The notes beneath the pieces are model-generated. The model saw only the letters and a program-made list of their open reading frames with translations. It did not search any database and was not told the DNA's origin. The translations under genes and the position numbers were made by a program. From the human T2T-CHM13v2.0 reference genome, Homo sapiens, in assembly GCF_009914755.1 (NCBI RefSeq), contig NC_060932.1: a DNA stretch of 64,000 bases. The stretch is one strand, 5' to 3'. Shown here in pieces: positions 30,351 to 45,946 of this stretch. Positions within the stretch are counted from its first letter, which is position 1, and the number at the start of each line of letters is the position of its first letter.

Positions 30351-31264
30351 TTTTCTTCTTGTGCTAAGGTCTGGAGCCCTTTATTTTCTAAGCACAAGTC
30401 TAATGAGAGTAAAAATGTTGCCTACTCTCCAGCCTGTGCCTTCCCTTTGTGGGTTTTGATGGCAGAACGCAAGGGTTCCCCACTGGGAGAGCCACGGAAG
30501 AAGTGCTTTCTCGCCTCCCTGGTTTCGGAGTGTGTTCCGTTTCACTCTTTGGAGTTGAAGAGAAGAACTGAGCTGATTGGGTCTTTGGGGACATTTTTTG
30601 TTTTACCAATTTTAGCAGAGCTGGCTTCTGCTCTTTCAGAAGTATGTCAGACCCATGGGCAGCCTCAGCTTGGGTGTTTTAAAGCACTACCACTGACTGA
30701 GAGAAAGACATGTTTGCTATGTTGTCACAGAGTAGAACAAGATACTCCATGCCAGTGACAAACACTTTTGCATAGCATAATAATGCAAATTGGCTGGTCT
30801 TATTCAAAGGAATCTGGACAATGGAGTTAATTGTACACATCAGTTTGAAAATAACATAGTTCAAAAGAAAAAACAAACAAAATAGAACATAAATGAAATG
30901 CAAATGAATTTAACACAGACAACTATCTTTGTGAGTTTTACTCCTCATATTCTCTTAAAATAATTGCCAAAGTAGTAGGTTTAAAATAGCTATAATAAGG
31001 TTCTGGGGGATAAACTCTAGCATGCTACCCAGAGGTACTAAAAACTTTACAGAAATTATTCTTAATATAAATGCCTTTTCCCCACACATCAGTGAGTTGA
31101 ATTTGAATATTTATAGTGTGATCATATATTTAACTCTTTAATGTCTCAAGTCTAGAGTTAAAATATTTAATTACTGGTAGAAAAATTTAAACTATCTATA
31201 TAGTTTATTATTATTTAAACTATTCTTTAGTTTACCTATCTGTGTACAAGGTAGCTTTCAAGGG

Positions 31265-31302
31265 TTTTAACTGCAGACTTTTAACTGAAGACTTTTAACT
31301 GG
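31265..31302. repeat. 14-bp tandem repeat x2.7
   Basis: ttttaactgcagac ttttaactgaagac ttttaactgg. Confidence 0.85.
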
Positions 31303-31308
31303 TAGTTA

Positions 31309-31645
31309 CAAGTTGAGTAGCTGTAGTCTAAAAATCCAAAATCTGAAATCCTCCATAATCCAGAACTTTTGAGTTCCAACATGTCTCAAGTGAAAAAAAA
31401 TCCATACATAATTATCTAACACAAATTTTCTTTCATGCCCAAAGTTATTTAAAATATTATATGAAATTATATTCAGGCTACGTGTATAAAGTATATATGA
31501 AACATAAATGAATTTCGTGTTTAGATTTGGGTCCCATTCACAAGATATCTTATTGTGTATTTGTAAATATTCCAATATTCAAAAGCAATTCAAATCCAAA
31601 ACACTTTTGGTCCCAAAGCATTTCAGATATGAGCTATTCAACCTC
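31309..31645. mobile_element. Tigger4b (Zombi)-type MITE
   Basis: TA-flanked TIRs caagttgagta...tattcaacctc. Internal 'gaaacataaatgaatttcgtgtttagatttgggtccc' is typical of this family. Confidence 0.85.
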
Positions 31646-31826
31646 TAATGATAAAATTTGGGTCGTAAAAGTCTTCACAGAATGTACTTGAATCAAGACT
31701 TTAGGATTCTCTGAGAGTCATTTAGGCTGTTTTAAGGTCTTCTGTCTGATTTCCTTGGGATCCCAACTAAAGTAGGGTTTGAGATCCAGAAGCAGAGGGA
31801 CTTAGAGCTGGGGCCTTTTAAAGCAT

Positions 31827-31958
31827 TGGAAAACTACCAGTTGGGTACTATGCTCACTACCTGGGTGACGGTGATCATTTATACACCAAACCTCAGCAAT
31901 GTGGAATTTACCCCTGTAACAAACCAGCACATGTACCCCCAAAACAAAACAACAAAAA
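31827..31958 (+). mobile_element. Old L1PA (L1PA15-17-like) 3' UTR fragment
   Basis: 'gggtactatgctcactacctgggtgac...aacaaaccagcacatgtacccc' followed by an (AAAAC) tail. Confidence 0.8.
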
Positions 31959-32005
31959 GAATCGCTCACGTTGGAACAAGGTAACTAACACCAGAGGCTG
32001 ACTTC

Positions 32006-32769
32006 CGAAACCGCCTTTGCAAAAATTATCACTGAGAAAATTATAACAACAGTGAAAGAGATCTGACCTAACTGACTCCAACTTGCTTCTAACCTCTATG
32101 CTGCCCTTGTTCATTCCTCAGTGGAGGCCGAGCTAACTTTAGGAGGAACTTAATTTATAGTTTAACTTTGAAACAAAGATGATAACAGCTCTTTCCCAAA
32201 ACGAACCCCCTTCCTTCCTGAGGACTAGACTGCCTTTGCAGGACTGACAAATTAGCCACAAGATTCAAAATTATGGTGTAGGAGTCATGCACCTGGAGGC
32301 TGCAAGTTTCTGAACCTCCCCAAATTGCTCTTAGGGATAACATGTCACTATTGTAAAACCTAAGATCAGCCCTTGAGATATTTTGCAGACCCAGCACTCA
32401 ACGGATCAGCTGGCACCAGCCAGATTGATAAACTGACTCATCTGGTCTTGTGGTCCCCACCCAGGAACTGATTCAGTTCAAGCAGAGAGCTTTGCCTCCT
32501 TGTGATTTCATCTCAGACCTGACCAATCAACATTCCTCACTTTCCTACCTGCTACCCATTGAATTACCCTTAAATACCCACAATCCCTGAGTTTTCAGGT
32601 AGACTGATTTGAGTAATAATACAAATCCAGGTTTCAATAATAATAAAACCCCAGTCTCCCTTACAGCTGGCTCTGCATGAATTAAACTCTTTCTCTATTG
32701 TAAGTCCCCTGTCTTGATAAATCAGCTCTGTCTAGGCAGCAGCCAAAGACAACCCATTGGCCAGTTGCA
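32006..32769 (+). mobile_element. LTR8A-like ERV1 solo LTR
   Basis: Starts (c/t)gaaaccgcctttgcaaaaattat and ends ccagttgca. A perfect 4-bp TSD cttc lies at 32002-32005 and 32770-32773. Confidence 0.9.
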
Positions 32770-35700
32770 CTTCTAACGCAGGTTTGCTTGGCTTCCATCC
32801 TCAAATATAAGCAGGGATTCATTTAGATGGGGTCTTACATGCAGTGTCTCAAGATCGGGGTCTAAATAAGAATGTGTGTCTGTGTGTATGTGTGTGTGTG
32901 TTTAGAAACAGAGAAATGAGACAGAGACAGACATAGAAAAAGTATCACTTTTTTCCCAAGAAAGAAAGTGACTCTTGGGAACTAGTATTCAGGGCTGCAT
33001 AATGACAGTTATTCCAAAGATGTATTGAGAGTATTTGATTACATTTTCAAATCCTCCACTTCATGTGACAAGTGTCAAACATAGACCAGTCATTCCTGCC
33101 TAGTCAAGAACTTACAGAGACCCAAGGGGTGGGGGCACTAGGATTTTAATGAATAGGAAGATCACACTGTGTCTTTGAGGTTAAACATCCTAGGCAGCAT
33201 TCAGAAATCCTGCTTACCAGATCCTAGCACACCGATACAGTTGACCCCAGATCAGTGGTAGGATGGCTGGATGGTTTTCCTCCTACCTACTGCTCACTAG
33301 GGAAACTCCAGACAGAGAATGGTTGTTGTCTTCCTTCGAAATCTCTCCAATCTGGAGTAAATTTTAGTCATTTACTAAACATGCTCCACATAAATTATTC
33401 CAAACCATGTTTACTTACTTGGGTCTAAAATCCTATAGATGGACAAAGCACACATGGCCACAGAAAGAAAGAAAAATCCTCACTGGAGCCCAGCCCGGTG
33501 AATGCAACTTTTCCTTCTCCAGGTTTTAACCCTCTGGCATAAGATGTGGCCACACAACAGAATATATTAAATTACGAGACTTTTTTCTTTTTGGTCAAAG
33601 ACATGTAAATAAATGATCAGGAGAAGCAAAACTAATATAAAAAAGATTCGTAGATGGGTTTATCAAGAACAGAAGGAGAGTTCTATAGTTCTGTAAAAAT
33701 TACATCCCAAGCATGTTTTCCTACAGGTTTAAATACGATGACAAGAATGTTATCAACTTTTTATATCACTCTGAATATACCATTTTAGGAATTTCCTGGA
33801 GGTTTTTTTCCAAACACTTTCTTAGGAAATTGGTGATAGAAAAGCTTCTGTCTCCTTTAATAAGATGTATTTCTACTTGATTCCTCAGTTCATTCAACCT
33901 GAGGTTCTAAGGGCTGCATTACTAACTCACAGGATTGTTGTGTGAAATAATTAATTAGTATTTCCAAGATGTTCATAAGAAAGGTGTTAAAGAAAAATCA
34001 AATCTGGTCTAACAGAGGACCCTCCAAAAGGAGACCTCCTTCTATTATTTTATTCTTAATTCTAACCAAAACCCAGAGTTTGGCCAATGCCAAGATAACT
34101 GTCTGGAAATACTTGGACAATGGAGTTCTGATGTTTGCAATCTGATTTCTCTCTGGCATGCTGTTGGTATTATATTCTTATTAGGCCATAATTAACATAG
34201 TGCACTAGGATTGTAGCATTTTCCTTATAGCTTTCTTCATTTTGGAAAATGTTTCTGTTCAAAGGGAAACAACCCAAGGACCTCACAGCAGTCTGGTAGG
34301 TAAGAAAATATCTATCTTCCTGTTCAGGACACCAGCTTATTTTCAATTTTGACTGCTATTTCTGTTTTCCAGATCATCAATGTCAGAGATGAGTTTTTCT
34401 TGTCCTTCACTTGGATGATATCTGCAACCATAACCTCGTAAATTCTTCTCTGGAGCCTCCAGGTCTGTTCAGATTATTTACCTTATTGCACAATTCCCAA
34501 TCATTTTGGCTCCGTGTTTTCCAGTGCAGCATTATTTCTAAGGCTCATCAATTTCTGGTCCTGAGTCATTGAAGCTCCTATTTCCCATCACGAGGTTTTA
34601 GGGATGTGCACAGCATCAGGAACAATGTGCAGGCTAAGACTGCAAACATCAGTAATTTTACCTGGTTGAATTTTTTAAGGCAAGTTTCAGCAACCTTACT
34701 TACCAGACCCTACCACACAACAAATTTTGGCCTCGTATGAATGAATGGTGTGACTGTAGAAGGGTCTTTATTCTACCCACTGTGGAAATATCAGGAAGAA
34801 ACTCTTGTGTGCTTGCCCAAGAAGGCACTACCACATTGAATTGAGTCTTCTTTCTTTATCATTCTGCCCTAGTCACACAAAAAGAGGAAAGTGACACATA
34901 GGTCAGCATCCAATACATGATACTTGATAAGCACTCAACTGACATTTGTGATAATGACTCATCCAGTCAACAAATGTTGCTAAACCCCTTCTATGGGTCT
35001 TGTACTTTTCTTAGAATGGGGCATACTGTAGTGAGAAAAACAGATAAAGCTGCTACCTTCATGGAACTTGTACACTTGCATGGGGGAAAGATGAAAAGGC
35101 ATCCTTAGAACTCCATAAGTTCAACTCTGGAGTTTCATAAATTCACGCCAACTCTCAGTAGTGAAACTTTGGGCATTTTAGCCATGGCTCCATCCCTGGA
35201 AGGACCAGAAGAGCCTAGAACTTTGCTCTGAGAATAGCACGATCGTTTATTTTGTTCTTCCTCAAGGCCTGTGCTCCTTCATCGTGTATTCTCTGTGAAG
35301 TCCCAGAGGTCATTCAGCAGGCGACTGGCTTGGCCCATTCCGACTTAATGATTACGCTCATTCCTGTGCAACACTTTACCAAGAGTTTGACTAAAGTCAA
35401 GATTGATTGTGTCACCCACAATACCTTTATCTGCTAATTCAGTTACTCTATCAAAAAAAATTTAGTGTCTGAGAGGATTTATTTTAAGAGACAGTAGCAG
35501 ATGATCATAGAGTCTCCTTTTTTCTTCTTTCTATAACTTTACAAGCAAACAACCTTAGCAAACCACTCCTGGTCTGATGCCTCATGGTAATGTCTCCTAG
35601 ATGCATACAGAGTTTGATATCCCCTAGACCAACAGCCTCCCAGCGAGTTATGGCACTAAACTCTTCTAGCATTTTCTTGCATGTCCATTGCACTCAACTT

Positions 35701-36180
35701 TAAGGGAAAACTTTACTCATTTTTTTCTTTTTAATTTCCAGGGGCTGATATGTTTAGCCGAGGCTGTATTTTTTTCATCTGAAATAGGGATTCTTAATAT
35801 TATGGAAAGCCACGCTGGCATATTTGGGGATTAATTTCCTAGTAACAATGGATTTAATACAAAACATACTTCTATTGTAGTGAAGAAAAAAGCCAAAAGG
35901 AGCAATATGCATTTTGCAGATTCTGCCAAACAAGGCAATGTTTGTTTATGCTTTAGATAAAATAAACTAATGTGTTTTGTTTACATTTGCATACATCTTT
36001 CTAAACACATGCATACACAAAAACACAGTTGCTGTTGTGTTATTAGTAATATTTTTGTCATGGGCCCTTTTCCTGTCAGTCCATATGGCTTCCTCTGAAT
36101 GGCTGTACCTTTATACTCTAAGGATGAATCTCGTAGCTCTTTCTAACCACCATGACCTATTGCTGCCTACAGAAATAGGT

Positions 36181-36213
36181 CTAGAAACCCTAGAAACCCT
36201 AGAACCCTAGAAA
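36181..36213. repeat. 9-bp tandem repeat ctagaaacc x3+
   Basis: ctagaaaccctagaaaccctagaaccctagaaa. Confidence 0.85.
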
Positions 36214-36264
36214 GCACTGACTTCTGCTGTGGATTGACTCTGTCATTGTTTTTCATGAAGATTA

Positions 36265-36294
36265 TACACACTTACACACACACATATGCACATG

Positions 36295-36323
<29 letters not shown>
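36265..36323. repeat. Interrupted (CA)n microsatellite
   Basis: Directly visible. Confidence 0.9.
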
Positions 36324-36325
<2 letters not shown>

Positions 36326-36944
36326 CACACCCCTCCCATAAGCTTTACACATAAACTGCATCCAATAAAAAAAAAAATTAGTGAATTTTTTCTAAAGAGC
36401 TACTCAAATTGGGCAAGTAACTACTTTCACATTTTGGAATATCTTAATGAAACCACAAAATTCTCATCCCTTGAAAGATTTTGGTTTAAAGTGTATATTC
36501 AGCCTTGAGTTTTATTCAAAAGTATGTATATATTTTGAAATCTATGCCAAAAAGTCCTCTTTGTGATACTTCTTTGCCTTGACATAGCTCTAACAGTAAG
36601 AAGTCACATTTTTGCCCCAATCACTTTCTCTGCGTTTTTTTTTTTTATTTCCCTTGTGCAATTCAAACTTGATCCCAAGCACGTGAACCAAATATACTAA
36701 TTGGTTATTACTTACACTTTAAAATCCTGTTTAACATTTTTTCTACTTGCCCCTTGTTCCCTGCTCTTCCTCTTCTCTTCCCATTCTTTTCCTTCTCTAG
36801 TTTTTTAAATATGTACATATATATAAAGAAATATTTACAGGTTTAAGGGTATATGTGTATATTTATATAGATGTATGTTTGTGTGTACATATAAAAAGAA
36901 ATTTACTTTTCCTTCTATCCCCCGAGAGGGCCACAAAACAACAA

Positions 36945-37097
36945 TCCCCCAGTAGTGCTGATCACCCTAAACACCCAGTTTCTGGTTCCTTAGTTTCTCT
37001 CCTTCTCTGCTAAATGGAACCAGGGATTTTTAGAAAAATAATCGATTTCAGAGCTAGGGCTGGTGAAGTACAAAATGAACAGGAGGAAGCATCTTGG
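36945..37097 (+). mobile_element. L1MC-type 3' UTR fragment
   Basis: 'ggaaccagggatttttagaaaaataatcgatttcagagctagggctgg...gcatcttg' resembles the L1MC3/4 3' end. Confidence 0.55.
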
Positions 37098-37779
37098 CCT
37101 CTCCTACCTGTCGTTAGATTCCAAATTCCACTAAGTCAGAAATAAGATACTCAAGCTTATTCCACAGAGGAAGGAAGCCTTTTTATGAAGGGAGGAAGGG
37201 TATACATGAATTAAGAAGTGGAAGCCCAGGCACCTCAAGAACAATGGCATTAACAGTTAATTACCAGTTAAGAAGTTATTATTAAAATTGCTATTTTAAT
37301 AACAAAATTGTTAAATTATTAATAATTAATAAATATATGGAAACAAGCTTTTTAAATTTAATATCATTTTTTAAATGAATAGCATATCAAATGAAAAGGG
37401 GGAAAGGTTATTTTGTATGTCCAGAAACTTCACATTTACACTCACTAGCTGCATTCACAACTTCTGTCACTCTGTCCCTGCAAAGAGGGCCAGTGCGGTC
37501 TCTAATATTCTGGTTCTGATTTAGCACCTGATCTACACTTAATAAATGATTATTATGTGCTTGGTTATATCTTTTCAGCTTCCTACTGCAGAGTAAGGTG
37601 AAAATGTGTGGACTTCGGGTCAAACAAGGTTTCAAATTCTTGCTCTTACCTGTTTCTAGCTGTTTCTTAAGTCATCTGAATGAATGTTCCTTGGCAGTTG
37701 TTGAGAAGATTAAACATATTTAGTGTATGACTTGAGTACAAGAAATAATGAATTTAGTGCATTAGTGCACTAAATTTAG

Positions 37780-38103
<324 letters not shown>

Positions 38104-38752
38104 TCTTTTTGCTTTTTTAGCATGACTACCTTTGCTCAAAGATGCTAGGTACATAGACTAGAGCAGGTTGCAAGTGTTATAGGATGTAGGCCCTGAATAT
38201 TAGGCAATTGGCTTTGGGGAAGGATGAAGGGAAAGAACGTGTGTTTGTCAACAGACAAACTATTCTATTCCATTTCCTTGATTGATGCCATTGTCATCAT
38301 CACCACCAGGAACAGTGTCATTGTCATGATCACCAGCATGCCTGCCACACTTGCTCTGTACCTCTAATATTTCATTTAATTTTCATCACCGCTCTCTGAG
38401 ATGGTGCCTATTATTTTCCCTCTTTTACTGAAGAGTTGATTAACTTGGCCACAGTCACCTAGATAGTAAAGAGCAGGGCTAGAATTCAGACCACAATAGT
38501 CTGACTCCAAAGTTGGCCATTTTAGTGGACTACACCCGTGAAGGACTCCTTCTGGTGTGTCTTTCAAGTTCCATAAAAATTAGTTACATCCAAGTCTTGA
38601 ATCTGATGTTAATTTTCTGGCTTTAAGATTTTGAGCTCCATTGGAGAATGTTTAAATCTACACATCACCAATGGCCTTCCATCAGATGGGAAGGACTTTA
38701 ATGACATATACAGAAGCCTGACTAGTGCTTATGTCATGTCAAGGATGTATTA

Positions 38753-39136
<384 letters not shown>

Positions 39137-39326
39137 TCATGAGAGCAGAATTTATGTCTCAGTTGTTCAAATCAGGATATCCTCATTACTAAGCACAGTG
39201 CCAAACACAAAAATGTGGAAGGGATTTGCACCATTTCATGATGCTCAGTAAGTACTTGCGCAACTGCCACTATTAACTTTAGATGAGTTTCCCTATCACT
39301 TTCCCTCAGTTTTCATATCTGTATAA

Positions 39327-39954
<628 letters not shown>

Positions 39955-40685
39955 TTTGCAGAACTATTGTAAGAATTAAATAAATGTATACATGAATAGT
40001 GCTTAGAACAGTACCTGTCACACAGCAAATAGTCAATATATATTGGCTATCCCTATTATTATCATAAGACTCTAAAAGCCTAAAAAAGTTAATCAATCCA
40101 GTTCTTTAAGAGTGCCTAATTTACTTCCAGAGTATTTTCAGTCACACTGATTTCTAATGTATTTGCATCTGTCTGAACACATACGTCACTGTGTTTTAAT
40201 TTCACCAGGCATTGATGTCATACCAGGATTAAATACAGCTAATCTTGCATTTTCCATTGGTCTTAGAGAGCTTCCAGTCCTCAGACACATTCACAAGTAA
40301 TTATAAGTAGCTCCGTAAGTGATAGCCAACTCTCACCTCTGGATGCATACGGTTTCTTAACTCTCCATATTTCAAGACTTGGCTGAGAATTTTTTGTCAT
40401 TATTTTTTCTTTTCCCAAAAGTTATTCATTAATTTCTAATTGTAGGCTTTTGTATCTATATTTTTCTTGATTAAATAAAATTAACTATATAAATGTTCAG
40501 GATTTTTGCCAGTTTATATTCATCATATTGCCATGGTCTTTCTTATTTAACTTTAGGAATGTATATTTTTAAGAAAAATTTTCTTCTTAATAACAGTTTC
40601 ACTATAATCCTTTTAGTCCTTGCATTTTTGTCCCTCATTATTTTAAATATGTACCTTGTTTTTAATCTATCCCTTTTATACTCCT

Positions 40686-41048
40686 TGATATGGTTTGGGT
40701 CTGTGTCCCCACCCAAATCTCATCTTGAATTGTAATCCCCTTATGTCTAGGGAAGAACCTGGTGGGAGGTGATTGGATCATGGGGGGTGGTTTCCATCAT
40801 GCTGTTCTTAAGATAGCGAGTGAGTTCTTATGAGATTTGGTGGTTTAAAAGAGTGGCACTTCCCCTCGCTCTCTCTCTCTCCTGCTGCCATGTAAAACGT
40901 GCTTGCTTCCCCTTCACCTTCTGCCATGATTGTAAGTTTCCTGAAGCCTGTCAGCCATGTGGGACTGTGAGTTAATTAAACCTCTTTTCTTTGTAAATTA
41001 CCCAGTCTCAGACAGTTCTTTATAGCAGTGTGACCATGGACTAATATA
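40686..41048 (+). mobile_element. THE1D-like MaLR solo LTR
   Basis: Starts tgatatggtttgggtctgtgtccccacccaaatctc and ends ggactaatata. The TSD matches 4/5 (ctcct/cccct). Confidence 0.9.
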
Positions 41049-42693
41049 CCCCTTTTCAGAATTTTTTTTTGGCTACAGATAGCTTGAAGCATTTCTTCAT
41101 CTAAGACTTATTACATTTTACTTCATTAATTTCAAGAGAAATTATAACTATTTTATTTAACAAAAGTAACTGCCTCCTAATACTCAAGTTTATTTTTTTT
41201 CTTGTGCTGTGTGATTCATTGCATTTTTTAATTCAACTGTAAACTTCTCAATTTAAAATTTAAAAGGTAATGCATACTATTTGGGAAGGGAAGGGGAGGT
41301 AAAAAAGGTAATTAACTCCCATTTATTGAGCATGTAGAGGTGTACTATGTTCCAGCAATTTTGTTAAGCACTTTGCCCGCGTTATTGAGTTTAATCTTCA
41401 CTAGGAATTTGTAAGGCTTTCTGCCATTATGTAAATTGACCAAAGGCATTCAGACATTTCATGGCAAATCTAGGGTTCAAATCCATGTCTGTTAACTTCA
41501 AAGTATGTCATTATTTTATTCTTCAATCTTTCCTGCAAAGACAGGCTAAACTAGTCCTTCTCTTTCACTATGTCATTTTCATGTAAAAAGAATAGTACAC
41601 TAATATTTCACTATCTACTAAGGAGAGACCATTGTGAGGGGAAAGGTAGTAGATGAAGCCATGGATGTAGGCAGGGGCGAGTCATGGAAAACACAGGCCA
41701 TACTAAAGAGTTTGCACTTCATCCTGCAGGGAATAGAGAGTCATTAGAACCTCTGCTCTGATAGGAAGCCCTATGAAGGGTTGATTATGATGGTACAATC
41801 TGGAAACAAGGAGGGCAGAGAAAGACATCTGCATTAATATAAGCAATAAGGTAATGACATTCTCACTAAGGCAGATTCAGTGAGGAGGAAGAGAGTCAAA
41901 TTGCTGGCTGTATAAAAAGTGAAGTCAGCAAAATATAGGGACCCATTAGATTAGTGAGGGAAAATTAAAAGTCATGAATGACTTGCAGATCCCCAGCTTG
42001 GGTGTCCCAGTAGAGATGATGCTGTCAGCAGCTGTAAAAAGAAAAACAGAGAAGAAGTGAACGTGGTAGAGAAGACAGTGTTTTTCTTTTCTGTCATCTC
42101 TGTTCATTCACTGCCTTTCTGCAGTTAATTCTTCGGACCCATCTCCTCTTCTGGAAATCCTACAAGATGTGCAAGGCCCAGTTCCAATTCCACCTTTCAC
42201 AAAAGCACTTGCCTTGATTACACAGGGAAGAAGTGACACTTTCCCTTCTCTGGACTCCTGGTGATTTTCTTTGTACCATTCATTTAGTAAGTATCCCATT
42301 CTGCCTTGTATGAGAATTGTCTGTGAATCTTCTGATAGTTCACATAATCCTTTAGAGCTGAAATCATGTCTATTCTTTGCATCTTTGTATCCTCAACAAA
42401 GCCCAGGAGTTGATATGTTTGATGTGTAAATAAATCCAAATAATTTTAAATAAGTGAAATAATGTCTGGTGTTAGCCATGTTTTGAAGAATGTAGCATCT
42501 ACCACATTTGAAGCACTCAGAAGCAGGCAATGTATTTCAGGGCTTTGAAATGCTATTGTCTCATAAGCCACAATTCAACTTAGGGCTTATCTCAATGCTA
42601 ATTAATGTCCCATTAATATTTGTAAAAAAAACTTTGATATAGACGTCATCTCTTCATTTTTTTTTCTTTATCCAATCCTTCTATGGTAATTAA

Positions 42694-43012
<319 letters not shown>

Positions 43013-43172
43013 TAAGGATGGTATTGTAGCAATTGATATGATCTCAGCAGATTTTGTTTATCTAAATGTAGTCATAACCTCCTTCCCTCAGTTAAAGTGA
43101 TCTTCTTGCCAACCTCCTATAGTCTCTGCATTTGTATAAAGAGATTTTAGTACTTTCATGTTTTTTTTTCCA

Positions 43173-43242
43173 GCTTTCATCATATGCTATGGAAAATTAT
43201 ATCCTCTGCTTTCATCATATGCTACAGAAAATCATGTCCTCT
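43173..43242. repeat. 35-bp tandem duplication
   Basis: gctttcatcatatgctatggaaaattatatcctct / gctttcatcatatgctacagaaaatcatgtcctct, 31/35 identical. Confidence 0.92.
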
Positions 43243-43783
43243 GCCTAATTTTTTTTTTTTTTTTTTGAAAAGCTGCTAGCCTGCCAGTTTTGGCAGAGCA
43301 AACTAGGAAATTAGAATCTGGCAACAAATAGGCACCACACAGCAGACAAAACTTAAGGTTTGCAAAGTAGTGATGCTCTTCGATCTGTTGTATTGGGTGC
43401 AAAATTAGATCCTATCAATGTCACACTCACCCCCGGAGCAAATGTCCTCTTGTGACAACTACATGCTGTGCTTCAAGCCAAATGATAGAACACAATTTTT
43501 AACAATTATGTTTTTGGAGCAGAATCTCTCCAAAAGTATTAGCATATTATTGATCAGCCTGTGGCTACTCTCGAAGTAACAATTACTCTCTGGTAACAAG
43601 TGACCACCACCAGCTTAAAAAACAGATATCCATGGGATAATTGAAAGAAAAAAAGAAAGGTTCACTAGGTTGATGGCAGAAACCTTCCAGTGTATAGCAT
43701 AGTACAATGTAAAATGAGAATGCTAATTCTAAAAATTGGCAGGAACCACCCAGATTATAATAGTAAAGAAAATGAGACCACAT

Positions 43784-43950
43784 TTTCCTTCCTTTCCTCT
43801 GTCCCTCCTTCCTTCCTTCCTTTCCCCCTTATTTCTTTGCCTCCTTCCTTCCCTCTTTCCCTTTCCCTCCTTCCCTCTTTCCCTTCTTCTTTCCTTCTTT
43901 CGTCCTTCCTTCCTTCCATCTTTCCTTCCTTCCTTCACTCTTCCCTCCTT
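43784..43950. repeat. (TTCC)n-like polypyrimidine low-complexity tract
   Basis: About 165 bp, almost entirely C/T. Confidence 0.93.
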
Positions 43951-44028
43951 AGCTTTACTCATTTATCCCACAATCTTTTGCTAACATCTATCAACTCTCT
44001 GCCAGTAACTGTTTAAAACTAAAAATTT

Positions 44029-44340
<312 letters not shown>

Positions 44341-44431
44341 CTAAAAATTCAGTGGTGACCAAGTCAGAAAAGGGTAAAGGAGAAGAAGAAAAGGATTCCT
44401 GTACATATCACAAAACCAACAGATTTCAGAA

Positions 44432-44796
44432 TGCTGTGATCTGAAGTTGATGTCCCCCCCCTCCAAATTCCTATGTTGAAACCTCATTATCAATGCAATG
44501 GTATTAGAAGGTGGGGCCTTTAAGAGGTGACTAGGTCATGAGGTGAAGCCCTTATGAGTGGGATTAGTACCCTTAAAAAGAGACACTACAGAGCTGCCCT
44601 CCCCTTCCACCATATGGGGACACAGCAAGAACATGCCATCGTGAACCAGAAAGTGGGCCCTCAACAAGACACTGAATCTCCTGCTGGCCTCTTGATCTTG
44701 GATTCCCAGCCTCCAGAACTGTGAAAAAGAAATTTCTGTTGTTAAGCTACCCAGTTATGGCATTTTGTTATAGCAGCCCAGACGGGCTACAATACA
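44432..44796 (+). mobile_element. MLT1A0-like MaLR solo LTR
   Basis: tgctgtgatctgaa...cttgatcttggattcccagcctccagaactgtga...ataca. Confidence 0.88.
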
Positions 44797-45913
44797 GGAG
44801 AACCCTCAAAATGCTGCAGTATCCTTGGCTGAGTTATGCACATAAGCTAATTGCACCTATTTACACATATTTTTAGTTGTATGTCCTCTATATATGTATA
44901 AAAGAATAATAAGGGAAAGGGCAACCCTATTACCAGAAAATTAGCAAAAACACCAACAGACAGGAAGAGTTCCTATGCCTTGCCTGTGGTTTTTACATAA
45001 AACCCTGATTTTTAGTTGGGAAGGACTGGGTTTTGGAACATTTAGGAAGTTGTGACTCCTGCTAAGAGTTTTAACAGGGTAGATTTCTCTCCCAACAAGG
45101 ACTTTGTAAAAGAAGTGAATTGAACTTAGAATGAACTTCAAACGCAAGTGACTCGGTAAAGCAAGAGAATGGGGGAGAAATGCTTGGAATGAAGGAGATG
45201 TGGGTTTGCAGTGCATGTGTGCATACTAATATCAGTTATAGAGTTTTGAGCACTACTCTAAAATCATGTTTCTTAGGAAAAATGGTTCCCTAATACATCA
45301 GTTATCAAAAGGAAAATGTGGAAATTTTAAACAAAGTAAAACAGGTGTTTTTATTACAAGGCTTTCAGAGCCTTTCAGTGCCAATGTGCACCATGAACCT
45401 CTGCTAAAGAGGCATAAAGATGTCGTGCATTTCATCAAGGAATCATCCTGTTTCTTTTCCCTGAGACTCTAAACAGACATGATTTTGAAAATTAACATAA
45501 AGCAACTTCTATATTTTAAAAGTTGCACTTCGAGGAGGCTGAAACTTGTCCAAAGTCACCAGCCAGCACTTTCCATCCTGATCTGTTGCTCTTTCCCCTA
45601 CCTCACAATAGTCACCAATTTGCTAAACGGTTTTCTAATTTTAATAATGCCACTTTCTCCTACTTTCATCTCCTAGCTTTATCCAAAAGAAGATCTAACA
45701 TTCCTATATTTGCTTTCCTTTGGAATGGCCCCAGCTGTAAAAGATAAGACACCACACATAGTCTTAGAAGTGCAATAGAAAGCACTTGGAGTTAAGTCTC
45801 AAAGGCAACATCTAAAGAAAAATGTTGACACAAAACCCTTGTTATGGGGCCAACTCAGAGAAGGTCCTTAGTGTAATTTTATAACCATGCTTTGGAAAAC
45901 TTAGTAGTATGAG

Positions 45914-45914
<1 letters not shown>

Positions 45915-45945
<31 letters not shown>
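45915..45945. repeat. (TG)n microsatellite
   Basis: About 15 TG units. Confidence 0.95.

Positions 45946-45946
<1 letters not shown>

Noticed and set aside
34704-34753. Possible 50-bp minus-strand exon (donor CTG|gtaagt)
   Set aside because: The acceptor has a short pyrimidine tract with an upstream AG, too weak without transcript data.
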